NCBI GenBank assembly: GCA_024679065.1
Contig: JAGIQG010000003.1
Span: forward strand, 91,326,001-91,390,000
Reading direction: 5' to 3'
DNA from: Sphyrna mokarran
Taxonomy: Eukaryota
DNA length: 64,000 bases
Position numbers and translations under genes: made by a program. The notes below the pieces were generated by a model. It saw nothing but the letters and a program-made list of their open reading frames with translations. It was not told where the DNA came from and made no database searches. Position 1 is the first letter of the stretch, and every line of letters begins with the position of its first letter. Shown one piece after another: positions 51,164-63,819 of the stretch.

Positions 51164-52190
51164 ATAGTGAAAGGGAAAAGTCGGAGACTTTTTAAAAAGG
51201 AAGAATGCTAAAGATGGCATTCATTCAGCTAAGGAAGAACAAGGGAGTAAAGTTCAGAGTACCAGAAAATTTAATTAATTAGTTTAATTACTTATCTATC
51301 TGAAATCTTTATGCAATTACATGAAAAAAGAGATTTGATTGAAGAAAATGACAAAGGATTAATTTGCTTACTGAATTTCCCTGTTCATCTGCATTATACA
51401 GCAAGAGTACTTAGTCACATTGCACGCAAATGCAACAAGGCTGCAAAATGCAAATACACTGATGTAATAATGGTTCTAAATGTCTGTTACGATGGCCATT
51501 AAGGCCATGAGGGATTATCGATAGATCTCCCCATGGGCTTTTTGGAGTATGAGCTTCCTGCAGCTCAACCTGGAGCGGCATTATAAGTCCCGCGGTGTAG
51601 ACTGTCCAGCTGGAAGCTGTAGGTGAAGTCCTTCTCTTTGGTTCATGATAACGGGTGTTTGGTGACAGGAAACTGGTGTTTGGTTGAATTGATCTAATAT
51701 CAATACCAATACCATGCAAACAAAGTCCCGTAGTTACAGATAGAATTAGTGTGTTTTGTCAATAGCTATTAGGAATATCTCAGGATTCTTGAATACACTT
51801 ATGCAAGAAAATGTTACTGCTTTCAAAAGGTTACACAATTCATGTCACCCTTAGAAACAAACACTCCTCCAGATGTTGAACAGTAAGCATAACAGAAAAG
51901 TGCAATGAAGAAAAGCACCATTTCAAAATACATTATGAAATAGTACATGATTGCAGGTTTAGGCAAACAAGTGAAAGGCAAATTCAAGACTAGAATTAGA
52001 ATTTTTTTACACTCAGTGTGATCAGCATACACAATGGGCTTCTGCTGGAGTAGTGGGAGGCACAAAGGCTGAAACATTTGAATGTTATGATGGGCCATTG
52101 TATTGCTCTGGATAGATGAACTATTAAACTTATGATCTTGGGAATAGGATATACAATTGGGCTTGTCAGTCATAAATCTTAGCTCTCAAA

Positions 52191-52931
52191 TGTTGTGGCC
52201 TGAATTATGGATATGTTGTGCATGTGTGATTGGTGAGCCTGGAGGCTGCTGCAATTGGGGATGAGTGAGAGCATGGATTGGTGTTGCAGGTGGAGGGTGG
52301 AGTAACGATTGGACCTTTGTACTTATAAAAGGGAAGCCAAGATACTAGTGAGCGCACAACAACTTGTGGCAACGTGGCCAACCTACTCATTCTGATCAAA
52401 TGTGAGATGGATGCCCTTGAGCTCCCATATGAGCACAAACCAATACCCTCGTGTTGTGGAGACCAGGAGTCTTAAAGGAAAGTAAAAGTCCAATGGACAG
52501 AAGCGGGACAGATGAAGATTGCAAACAATGTGGGGTCATTAATCTCGCACAAGGATTTCTAAACAAGAGTTTTTTTGTTATTCAGCAATCACAAAGCTAC
52601 CATGATGTCACTGATGTTCGTCTCACTCGACCAGCTAACTTCTGCATGGCCTATGTTGAATATAATACTGACTGACTTTCTACCTCCCTCAGATTAGCCA
52701 TCTTCCAGAGCCAGCCATGAATTCCAGGGCTCTCTATTGATACCTGAAGAGGCATCACTATTGGATCCACCCTTTTTACACACTCACTAACAGGCAACAG
52801 CTTAGATATAATCATGTCACTGGGCTTTCGGTCATTGGCTCAGATGGAGTCCACTGTGAGGTAGGCATGGCATACTTACAGACAGTGGCAGAGAGTGCCC
52901 ACGATGCCAGCAGTAGGAGGACTCATCCACA
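52191..52931. mobile_element. Probable LTR fragment(s)
   Basis: Starts tgttgtgg with four ATTGG boxes and TATAAAA; a second segment runs tgtgga (52455) to tccaca (52931). No TSD found. Confidence 0.35.
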
Positions 52932-53059
52932 TAAGGAGACATTAAACAAAGGGCTAAGAGCTTGGTTAAAGAGGTAGGTTTTGAGCGCTGTCTTAAAAGG
53001 AAAAATTAGGTAGAGAGGCAGAGACATGTAGAGAATGAATTGCAGAATTTAGGGTTTAG

Positions 53060-53505
53060 ATAATAGAGTTTACCAGACAAATCCCTGGGTTGGTGGGATT
53101 GATTATGAGGAGAGATTGAGAAAAACTGGGACTGTATTCTCTAGAGTTTTGAGAAATGAGAAATGATCTCATTGAGACTTGCAAAATGTTTACAAGATGT
53201 GATAGAATAGATGTTGATAGCATAGTTCCCATGACTACTAAATATAAAACCAGGGCACTACACTCTCTGAATAAGGGGTAGACCATTTACATCTGAAATG
53301 AGAAGGAATTGGCGAATCTTAGGAATTCTGTACCTCAGCGGGCTGTGGAAGCTCAAGCAAGTTCAAGGCAGAAATCAATAGATTTCTGGTTACAAATGAT
53401 TTCTAGAGATACGAGTGCAATGCATACATTTCATTGAGATAGATGATCAGCCATGATCTAATTGGATGGTGGACCAGGCCGATTCCTGCTCCTAAGTTTT
53501 TATGT
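53060..53505 (+). mobile_element. CR1 3' fragment nested in an L2 (-) remnant (~52935-53590)
   Basis: Translates RLRKLGLYSLEF*EMRNDLIETCKM, then the CR1 3' UTR. L2 phrases flank both sides. Confidence 0.8.
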
Positions 53506-54176
53506 AACTGAGGACAGGGCCACAAATGTTGGAGTGATCAAAATTGGAGTTATCAAGAGGCCAGAGTTAGAAGTGTGCAGATATTTTGGAGAATTCTATT
53601 TGTTGCTTTGTAGGAACAGATAAGAGCACAGAAAAGTTGCTAAAAAAGCAGTGCTGGAAATTTACTAATTATTTTGCTGATGTTAATTAAAGTTTGGTCC
53701 CGTGAAAGACAGTACTCTCTAACATTGCAACACTCCATTAGTATTATGCTAAAATGATTCAAGTTCCTTGAAAAGGTCTTGAAACTTTGGCCTCCTGAAT
53801 GCTAATGTTGGACCAAACAGGAATCTAAATCTGCCAAGGAGTTGAAGTGGAAAATATAGGATGAAACTGAGCCACATAATGGATTTGAGAAGCTTTATTC
53901 CACTTTCCAACTGACCTATCTTAATCAGTGATTGACACCTGGGAAGATCATATACCTTCAGTTCCCAGTGCAGCATGATGAAAAAACAAAACATTCACAG
54001 AAGAATTTCCAAAAATGCATGATATTCAAGTTTCTGGTGCTGTTTTTCCCAATATAAGAATCATGTTGTCATCCAACTGGATAGAATAAGAAACTCAATT
54101 TGCTCATATCAAGAAAAATTGTCACTGCTATAGTTGCCACATTTGTACTCGGAGACTTGTATTTTAGGGGATCTGT

Positions 54177-55120
54177 TGTTACAGTAAGCACCGATAATAC
54201 TTAATTTTATGGTGATGGAGAAAAACACTGAAATTATATGTGGATATGCTGGATTTTAAAAAGGCCTGAATTTTATATTTTAAATAGGACATAGACCTCC
54301 GAAAGTGGCTGAGAATGTACTGTGAATCACTGACAGGAATGGTTGTAAGGTCTTTAAGGAAAAATGAAAGCCCTTTCCGTGGTTTCAGACCAGGTAATTC
54401 TAACCGAACCCAAATACTAATTGCCACCTCTGGTATCTCATTCAAAGACACTGGGTATAATTGCTTAGATTGACTAGTAGCCTCCAGTTTGAATACACAA
54501 AGACAGGGGTTAAAAGCAAGCCAAGAGAGCTCCAGTGTCTATCCGTCTGTGTGTGTGTGTGCTGTGAAAAAAAGCAGCTGGACGTTTGCCATACTGAAAG
54601 TGATACAGTAACCGAGGTAGGGCACCTGCACAACAGCTAACTTTTGCAGGAATATCTAAAACTCTCTCTCTGATTGCAAAAGTCGATCAGCCAGCGCAAG
54701 GATCACAGTTGGAATAATGCCTGAAATCTCTCTACTGCACTATAGAACACGAACCAAATTATTGGAATCAACCTGTATCGGCTGCAACGCACCATCATCT
54801 GCTCTTCGCCACTCAAGGCCTGCTTCGTATAACTTTTTATTTACTTTACTTACTATTTGTCTCAGTTCTTACTTCCAATCTATATGAGGGTTGATACATG
54901 TGTTATACCGTTTCTCCTTACTTTTTTCATAGTTAATAAACTTCCTCTACCCTAACTCAAGACAGCTGGGTAATTTGGCTCCATTAAGAATTACAGAATC
55001 CCGACACTGCAGGAGGTCATTCGGCCCATCAAGTCCACACTACCTCTCTGACAGTCCATGTGTCTCACAGATATAATGTAGTGTTAGTCTGCACCTGGTT
55101 TGTACCAGACCTGACCTACA
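54177..55120 (+). mobile_element. Possible long solo LTR
   Basis: tgt...aca ends, AATAAA at ~54935 and a small CR1 tail inserted at ~55000-55058. No TSD found. Confidence 0.3.
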
Positions 55121-55829
55121 GCACGGCTCAATGCTGAAACGGAATGCAAATTGTGGCAGTGTTCCAATCTCCCTCACAAAAACAAATCACTTCTAAGATG
55201 TGAATGTGAACAAAACCAAGAAGTGGGAATTGTGCACCTAGCTTTGTAACTGAGAAATAGATGGATACGTTAAGGCATCTCCTTCATTGCATGTGGGCCA
55301 TACCTCACTATTGCCATCGCTAGTCCTTGCTGCAAAAGATGAGACTGGGATACCGACAATGTTAAATATCCCATCCCTGACGCAGCCCAGTTGCGTGACT
55401 GTCCCCTCCTGCCCCACCCACCAACCCACCCAAGGACCCTCCGACTTACACTGCACCCCTGCATTGACTGAAAGAGAGAAGGAAATAACTTGCCAAACGT
55501 AATTGCCCTCAGCCTCGAGTAGTAGAGGTCCTTCATTTGAAAAATGCCTAAATACCCAATAATGGCTTATGGAATGAAACTTATTTTGTTTGAGGTGGTG
55601 GTAGGGGGGTGGAATGTTTTGGTTTGCTCAGCCCCACCCCCCATCACACTTACACAGCTTTCCATTTACCTTAGTCACATTGGACACCTTCAGCTGAGAG
55701 TACGATGAGGGGTGGGCTGAGGGGGTTGCGGGTGAAGACAAAAAAAAACTTTGGGCAGTGCAGATACAATTGTTTCTTCTGATGGTGCAGTGGTGCTTGA
55801 AGATTGTGTGTGTTTGGATAGGAGTGCCT

Positions 55830-57450
55830 CGAGATCCCTTTCTGCTCATCTCTGCGGAGAGGCCGCTGCCCTTTGTTCCTGTGAACCTCACCATCCCTGG
55901 TTGCCAGGGCAATGAGCAAGTATGGCCGGCTTGCTGTATTACCATATCAATTCTGTCCAATGAATGCAGTTTGAGAGGGGGGGGGGGAGAAAAGAGAGCT
56001 GGCATTTCATTCCTGCTCCTGCCCAGAGAATGAAAAGAAGTGATTCCTTGTTTGCTTTAATAACTGTTCTATTCAGACAGTGCTGATTGCATTCCCCCCA
56101 CCCCCCCTCTCTGTTTTTTTAAAAAAACCCTCTAAACCCTGCAGAAAAGGGTTGTAGCCCAGGTAAAGCTCCCTTTTATTTCGATGCTGCTTGCTCATTG
56201 GCTCGCCTGCTCGCATGCCAGCGGTGCCTTTGTTCTCCCTGTGAGGCTGAAATAAATGTTTCTCTCTCTCTCTTTCTGTGTGTGTGTGTGTGTGTGTGGA
56301 GCTGCATATCCACTAAAGCTCCCCGATGAAAGAGAAAGGGGGATTAGATGGGAACGCGGCGGACTTGCTGATGCAAGCTGATGGGGGGAGGGGGTGGGGG
56401 CGGGGGAGAGCATGTATGTATGTGTGCTGGGGAGGGGGGGGGAGGTTGGGGGTCCTCGCTCCGCCCCAGCCAGCCCACCTCAACACAACCAGCGGAGGAG
56501 GCAGGAGGAAACACAGAGGAAGGGGGGCAGGCTTCACCTGAACCAGAGCTCACAACCAAGTTCTGCCGCTGTGGGAACCTAAACGGGAGTTCTACTCACA
56601 GGCAACTATCAGGTAGGGGCGTCTCTGCTTAACTTTTATTTTCGTCGTGTGTGTGTATGTTTGCTGTATTCAGTCCAACTGAAATGACAAGAAAAAGGTG
56701 CAAAGCCCAGAAAGAATTGCTTGCTTCACAGGGAAATGCTCTTTACTCTCAACGGAATAAAGATATTGGGTAGAGAAAGTCCCCAGCTGCTGTCCCCTGG
56801 AATAATGCTGCTCCACTGAAGACTATTGCTTTTCAGATTGGATGTTCTTTGTTGTAATGTTCAGAGCTGTGTTCCCACAGCTCCCCGGATCCCAAATGCA
56901 GATCTCTCCCGAACGCTGCTTTAAAAGAGAGTAGGTTTTGTCTATTTTTTTTATTTCTGCTGCCAACAGCTTTGTGTGTGTGTTTTTTCGTTGTTGTTGA
57001 AAAAGCTGGATTGCCCTACCCAAAGCCGTACTTTCCGCGTCCCTGATACTGAGCACTAGCCGGGCAATGCAGGGAGTTGTGGCTTTGTCACACCAGACTG
57101 AATGTTTTCTGAGCTGTTGGCGGAACTTAGCCGAATCGTATGCGGCGGGGAGGGAGGGGGGGCGGTGTGTAGACAGAGAGCCTTAAAAGATTTCTCATTT
57201 TTCAGGAGAAGGGAAATCAGTCATCACTATTTGAATGTTGGGTTTCCACCAGGTTTTCATTCCTCTGTGTGTTGCTGACCAGCATCGCGCCAGGTTTGCT
57301 CTCACTCGGCGAATGCTGGTGTTCCCAGTCTCCAACTCAGCCGGATTGCACTCTTTTCTGGAGATTGTAATTTTCACATATAAAGCTGGTTTGTGTGTGT
57401 GTGTGTGCGCACAACCTGCTGGTGGCGAGGGGTGGCCGGGATTTCCCGTT
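55830..57450 (+). promoter_or_regulatory. CpG-enriched promoter / non-coding first-exon region of an unidentified gene
   Basis: No recognisable interspersed repeats and visibly more CpG than the rest of the window. ATTGG at 56198, (CT)n(GT)n at 56261-56298, GC box GGGGCGGGG at 56397-56405, candidate donors CAG|GTAAAG (56162/3) and CAG|GTAGGG (56612/3). Confidence 0.55.
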
Positions 57451-57978
57451 TCGTACTTCATGTTAAAATTATCATTCAGAGTCCTTTCATTTCCTGAATA
57501 ATTCCCCATTGAGGATGCACCTTTTTTTATTGACTGGAGTCTGATTTAAGGATCCTGGAGATCACAATCTGTGGTGAGATAAATTTCCATTCAGCCACCA
57601 GTAATTCAGGACGGTCCGAAATGACTAAACGTGTTTGTGTGTACGTAACTGATGCTGTTTTTTTATATATATATATATATATATGCGTGTGTGTATTTCA
57701 CCCCAAATGGCAGGTTTCACCTTTGTACTTCGCACATAGAACGTTTAAACAGTTTGCCCGAGATATTGCTGCTTTTAGTACTACTCTGTGATTGTTTAAA
57801 CTAAGTTTCCGGACTTCTGGAATTTTTCTTTGTAGTGCTTTAGTTTCAAGTCCTCAGTACAGAGCTCATCCCTGCTTTCACCAATGTAGAACTGTTTTCA
57901 CCTCGTGTGCTCACCAGCAATTTCTGTCTGACCAAACAAAAAGCCCTCTCCAGCCAGTGTCTCTGGCACAAAGCAACC

Positions 57979-58106
57979 ATGATATGGAGATGCCGGCGTT
58001 GGACTGGGGTAAACACAGTACGAAGTCTCACAACACCAGGTTAAAGTCCAACAGGTTTATTTGTTAGCAAAAACCACTAGCTTTCGGAGCGTTGCTCCTT
58101 CGTCAG
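57979..58106 (-). mobile_element. Young Penelope-like insertion with hammerhead core and 10-bp TSD
   Basis: TSD caaagcaacc at 57969-57978 and 58107-58116. Minus strand reads CTGACGAaggagcaacgctccGAAAgcTAgtg. Confidence 0.9.
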
Positions 58107-59934
58107 CAAAGCAACCCAACAGAACTGTTGCACTTTCAATGTTTGCACGTTTAAATGAAAATGGGTAGATCTCGGTCCAGCTGATTTCAAAATAACTAGC
58201 CCAGGCTGTTCAAACTCACTTAAATATGAAATTCGTGTCAAATAATAGTTAGCTTAATAAAATGCATCCTCTTCGCAGCCAGCCAGATGAAAAGCAGATA
58301 CAATTGCATATTGTAGTTTTATGGGATTTTTCCCCTCAGTTTATAATGGTAGATAATCTGCTTCTGATGGATAAAGATTGTGCTCTGCTGTCGAGAAGAA
58401 ATCAATGCTTCGAGTGTTAACAATGAAACATGGGCTGAACAATGCATTCAATGTCCATCAGTTTGATGGATGGAGTATCTTGTTTTCTCCTGTTAACCCT
58501 CTCTTTATTCTGGTTTTGGCGTATTATTAACCCATTTTCAAAAAAGCGGATTGTGTTCTCTCGATTTTCTTAATCCTTCTCTCCCACTCTTTTATCTTCT
58601 TTCTCTCCTCATAAATTTCTTCTCCTTTCCTCCGACTCTCTCCTTCGAATCTCTCTCCTTGACCCATCTTCCTCCCTCTTCTCTGTCCCTTTTCCCAGTT
58701 AGTGATTGAGGGTAGGACATTGAGCTGTGTGGAAGATATAGCCTCCACGTTCTGTTGTATTTTCAACCGGCCTTACCACAGATAATGATGGAAATGGAAC
58801 CTATAGTGACTTTTAGAAATGAAAATTGATAAATGTTTGGGGAAAACAAGATGGGGAATGAAGAACGGAAGGAAGTGCTTAGCACTTCCGAAGAGGTGGC
58901 ATCGATATGATAGACCGAATGGCCCCTCTCTCTGCAGGAAAAGAACGTGCCCACTTCCAACAGGGGGCACTAAATATCATGTAGATGTCAGAACTTGGCT
59001 GGCATTTTAATTTTCCTCTGATGTGACAGGTCCTGAGCCCAATGGCTGTACCCAATGCCCAACCGGCCAAAGTCACTTAGTTCATTACCAATCAAACATA
59101 GGACCTTCTGTTCTTTAAAGATTCACTGGGCGATGCCTTTACTCACTGCACCATTTGGGAGATTTGGGGATATTGTTAACCCGCATTTCATCTTCTCTTA
59201 GAGCAGTGTTACGTTCCGATCTTAATGATGCTTTGGGGTGGCATAGTATAGCCACCATACGATTGACTCCCGATTGAGCCCCGTTGCTCCAGTGAATTAC
59301 TACAATTGAGGTCTGTCATTTAGAATATAATAATCGGGTTTCTACTATTCAAGACGTCAGACATCCCCAGAAGACCTTTCTACAACTTCCCGTTCAGAGA
59401 GAATCAAAGCTTTGGCACTCTTCAGATAGTTGATAAGTTTCCCAATTGGTCCAGTAGCCAAATCCTTCATGTGATTCTTTCGTAGATCTAATTTCATACA
59501 GTTAACTAGTTTCAATCTGCAATGAATTTGAGTGAGAATGTAGAAAATAATGTTCCCTATCCCTCCACTTCAAGCTGCAGCAATGACCTTAACTGTGGTA
59601 AGTAACTGAAATCCAGCCCAATAACATGAAACTATTTACAATTCTTAATTTTGATATGAAAAGTTAGGAAAATGATTTCACAAGGTTACAAGACAATGGC
59701 TAATTAACCTCTCTTACCTTATCCATCAGAGCATACCATACAGCTGTCCACTTCTCATTGCACAATCCAGTTGTCTCCCAAATGATTCATGAGTTTTTCT
59801 TCTATTAATGAATCCTGGCGTCTATTCATGTATAGCTCACACTTTGTGTGAAGAAGCATCTGGTATCAGTTCTACAGTCAGAGAGATACACAGTACGGAA
59901 ACAGTCCCATATATCAGCCTTTGATTGTTTTGAA

Positions 59935-60137
59935 TCTGCGCCCCCTTTTCTCTCCTCGGCTTTCACAAAGTAGTGCGGCTGGGGAAGATGGCCACTTGTT
60001 CGTTTCCAGGACGGTATCCCAGTAACTGTGAGGAATGAAAGGCAGTCAGTGTTCATTTTCTGATTGTTACATTATAAAGAAGACTCTCCACGGACACGAG
60101 TGAGAGACTTTTATGTGGAGCGCATGCGCAGGTGTGT
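59935..60137 (+). promoter_or_regulatory. Candidate alternative promoter/first exon
   Basis: CpG-rich patch with a pyrimidine initiator-like tract (59941-59955), YY1-like AAGATGGC (59985-59992), NRF1-like palindrome GCGCATGCGC (60120-60129) and donor CAG|GTGTGT (60131/2). Confidence 0.4.
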
Positions 60138-60419
60138 TTGCATGCTGGGGATGTGCATGTTTGTATGCGTGGCTCTGTGGCAATGTGTGCAGTTCTGTAG
60201 GCAATCTGCGTGGGGGAAATTGCACGATTCTACAGCATTGTGTCTGTTTTTGTACCTTTTGCCTCTTTAGGTATGCAACTATTTGCATTGATGTCAGCTG
60301 CTGTCTGAAGTCAATGGCTGACTGCAAGGAGCAGAGTGTGTGAGAGTTGATGCTTGCAAGCATTTGTGTGCAAGAGTCAGGAATTGCTTGTGCAGGAAAT
60401 GTATAACGCAGATCGAATC

Positions 60420-60575
60420 GTATAATCCCTACAGTGCAGAAGGAGGCCATTCGGCCCATCGAGCCTGCGTCGACCACAAGCCTGCCTAAGCTCTAGCCAC
60501 ATAACCCCATGGATTTACCCCTGGCGCTAAGGGGCAATTTACCATGGCTAATTTACTTAACCTGCACATCTTTAG
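60420..60575 (-). mobile_element. HE1 SINE 3' part
   Basis: aatccctacagtgcagaaggaggccattcggcccatcgag...ggggcaattt...aacctgcacatcttt. Confidence 0.85.
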
Positions 60576-61554
60576 AGATGTGAAAAACAATGCATGCTAG
60601 CTCCCTGCCATTATCTACACAACTTGTTCTTCTTTTAGTCATTAGATCTTCTGGTGAATGGAGCATTCAATATTATATGTGGGGATTGACAAATGAGCCA
60701 CATAATACGAGAAATAAGTATTTTATTAGATTCTGATCACACTGTCCAAGTCCTGAAATAAGATGTACTTGTGCCTTATAGGTCCTAATGCGAGTAAATG
60801 GCTAAAGGTGAGAATTAACATAGAATAATTTTCCTTGACCTGATCATTTTATGTTGCCTTCATTTCCTAATTAATTGAACTTATTGCATTTTTTCTCTAG
60901 CCGTCTTTCTCTTAATTTTTGTTTTGTTTCTCCAATGCTGTTTTCTTCCATTTTCTTGTTTTGCTTTTATCCTTTCACTCCTCCCCTCCCACTCTCTCAG
61001 ATTTATTATCAATGAGGAGCTGAACATTTAGGCCATATCTGGTGCCTTATCAGATTGCTTATCCTGTGTTCCAGAATAAAACACACTGGAATGTTTATTA
61101 CAATTATTAACTTTGCTTTAGGAACCAAAAGACTTTCATCTACATTCATTCAGGCAGCAGAAGCACTTTTTTAGTATTTTGAGGTTAATTCCACCCCAAT
61201 TACTTTTAAGACCTGACATGTATGACTTATCATTTCATCCTTTCTTGATTGGCGTGTCTCTTGCATCATCCTGAACTGATGCTTCAGCCAATACTATTAT
61301 TGGAATGGAGAGTGAGACAAATTCAAAATGCTCACTCAAGATTTCCCTCCCTGCTATAGTCTTGGAGATCCTTTCATAATGCCATAATTATCATGAAGAA
61401 TTTGCTCCAAATCTGTATCAGTCTTAAAGCCTTGGCCCTTTTCTGGTGACAGACCACTATGGTGGTATCAAATTGCATCTTTGCATAGTATTTTATTTCT
61501 ATTTTTCTCACCTTCTTGCCATTGTAGAGTAAGGTTCGAAGAGGTAGGGTGTAA

Positions 61555-62280
61555 GCCTTGGCTTAGTGGGTAGCACTTTCAATTCTGAGACAGGTTCACA
61601 TTCTATTCTAAGAGACTTGAGCACAAAAGCTGAGGTTGTAACATCAGTATAGTGCTGAGAATCATTGTCAGAGGTGTTGTCTTTTCAGATGTCAAGTTGA
61701 GACATCAGTCCTCTCTACTGGAAAAAAAAACACATCCCCGCCATTATTTCAATTAAAAAAGGGATATCTTCCTGCTTCCCAAGTCAGTTTTATCACCAAA
61801 TTAGCAGCAAGAAAGGCCACAAGTAGTTAGCACTGTGGCTTTGCATCTCAAGGGACCTGGGCTCGATTCCTGGCTTGGGTCAGTGTGTGGAGTTTGCAGA
61901 TTCTCCACGTCTGGGTTTCCTCTGGATGTTCTGGTTTCCTCCCACAATGCAATGATGTGCAGGTTAGATGGATTAACCATGGCAAATTACCCAGCAGTGT
62001 CCCAAGGTAAAATGGATTAGCTATGGTAAATATGTGAGGTTACAGAGATAGGGTGGGGAAGAAGGCCTGGATAATGTATTGGTCCAGATTTGATAGGCTG
62101 AATGGTCTCCTCTGCATTGTAGGAATCCTGTGATTCTATGTGATATTTTTGGGATTTTGCTGTGCACAACTTGGCTATTACCAGTACTACAATACAATAA
62201 TAATTGGTTAGCTGAAAAATGCTTGGGATATCCTGAGATCATGAAAGAAGCCTTACTAATGCACAGTTTTAATTTGTCAT
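61555..62280 (+). mobile_element. DeuSINE-like SINE split by an HE1 SINE (~61810-62140)
   Basis: Head and core at 61555-61800 (ggtagcact...gagacttgagcaca), HE1 with V-domain and tail ending ttctatg, then the SINE tail resumes (ttgctgtgcacaacttggct...tgggatatcctgagatcatgaaag). Confidence 0.7.
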
Positions 62281-62415
62281 TGTCCTGGACAATTTCCTCC
62301 AATATCGCTGATTGAAGAAGGGTACAACTTCCATATCGCCTAAGAGAAGACCGTATCCAATCTTTGTGTTTTAAGGATTGAGCTGCAGAAGAGTGCTGCT
62401 GTGGGACCACAAACA

Positions 62416-63248
62416 ATGGGGCTGTTTTCTGACCTTGCATGCTGAGGCACAGATCTCACTGCAGCCATGCAAAGTCAGAGAATCACAGGGGTTGGGGGCC
62501 TAGCATATTTAGCAAAGGTGAGAATCCCGTTTGGGAATCTCCCAGCCCTGCACCTCACTGGGCAGTACCAGATTAATATATTTAAATCCTTATTTAGATA
62601 TGTTTAGTCAATTTGAAATTGGATTTTCCCTGCTCCTCGGATTTTCCAATGCTCAGAACCTGTCATTACTGGCCTCCACAAATGGAGACCAACCATGATG
62701 TCTTGGAAGCTGTTGACGCTTTTGGATAATCACGCACATGTCTGGGCAGTGCCCATTTGGCAATGCTCCTTGGCAATTCCAATGTAGGACCTGAAGGACT
62801 TGACCCAAAGGTGCAGGGCCTGAAAGGGGCAGGAAAGAATAGAAGTATGAGGGCAGGAAAGCATGAAATTGGAGCCATTGGGAGGGTCCCACTGCTCCGA
62901 TATATGCTATCTGTGTTCAGTCTGTGATCAGGGCAGATCAAACCGATGATCTATGTCGGGGGGTAGAAAAACATGCCTTCAATGTGGCAGTGCGGGGAGG
63001 TGATGTCTGTGCGGGGAAGGGGGGGTTTTCAATTTCACTTGAGATCGGAGTGCCTTTTAAAATTGACATCCAATCTTTGTGAAGAGGGACTTGCTGTTGT
63101 GTTAAGGCTCTGCCCCTATCTGAACAAGTGCAAAACTCATCCTCCTCCAAAAAAATAACTCACTATAGGAAGAATGTAATCCAATTCATACTGGACACGC
63201 TGGCGTGAATCACACCTGTTTTCTCACCGAAAATGACAAATTCCAACC
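62416..63248. mobile_element. Decayed Harbinger-like non-autonomous element
   Basis: Interior motifs shared with 49174-50202 (ggcagtgccc, atttaaat, gatcgg). Ends are degenerate. Confidence 0.4.
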
Positions 63249-63819
63249 AATGTTTTCATTTAATTGCACATATCTCAGGTTTTAAACACTAACAGTTGCC
63301 AATGTTTCACTTTACCATTTATCCACTCCTGAGGCTGAGAACAGGCCTTTCTAAATCTCCAATAGTAATCCCAAGTACAAACTGGGATCAAATCCTGGGC
63401 TCTGAAAGTATTCAGAAGCAATCTGGCACATCTAAGCAGATTTCTTCCAATCAGGAACTCAAATCAATCCAAAACCTGCTTTCAGAGAATCCCCTGTCTC
63501 CCAGTGAAACATATGGAAACAAAGCTCCTTCATTTCTGCTTTGTCAAAGCCACAAGAACAAGACATATCTCAGCTTCAAGGAGTCAGACTTTAATTAATA
63601 TTTTTTAGTTCAAAAAAGTACATCAATCTTTTTTATTAAACAAATTGCCATTTTCTGCATTTGATGTGGCAGAAGACCATTCATTTGAATGTTATTCTTA
63701 GGAAAATAGCTCTTTTTAGTTAAAAGGCCCTCATTTTGATTATTTTCTTTTTTGTTGATATACAGAATAATTTACAGAAAAGATAGATCATGTGATTATG
63801 AAAGCAAGAATTTACATTT

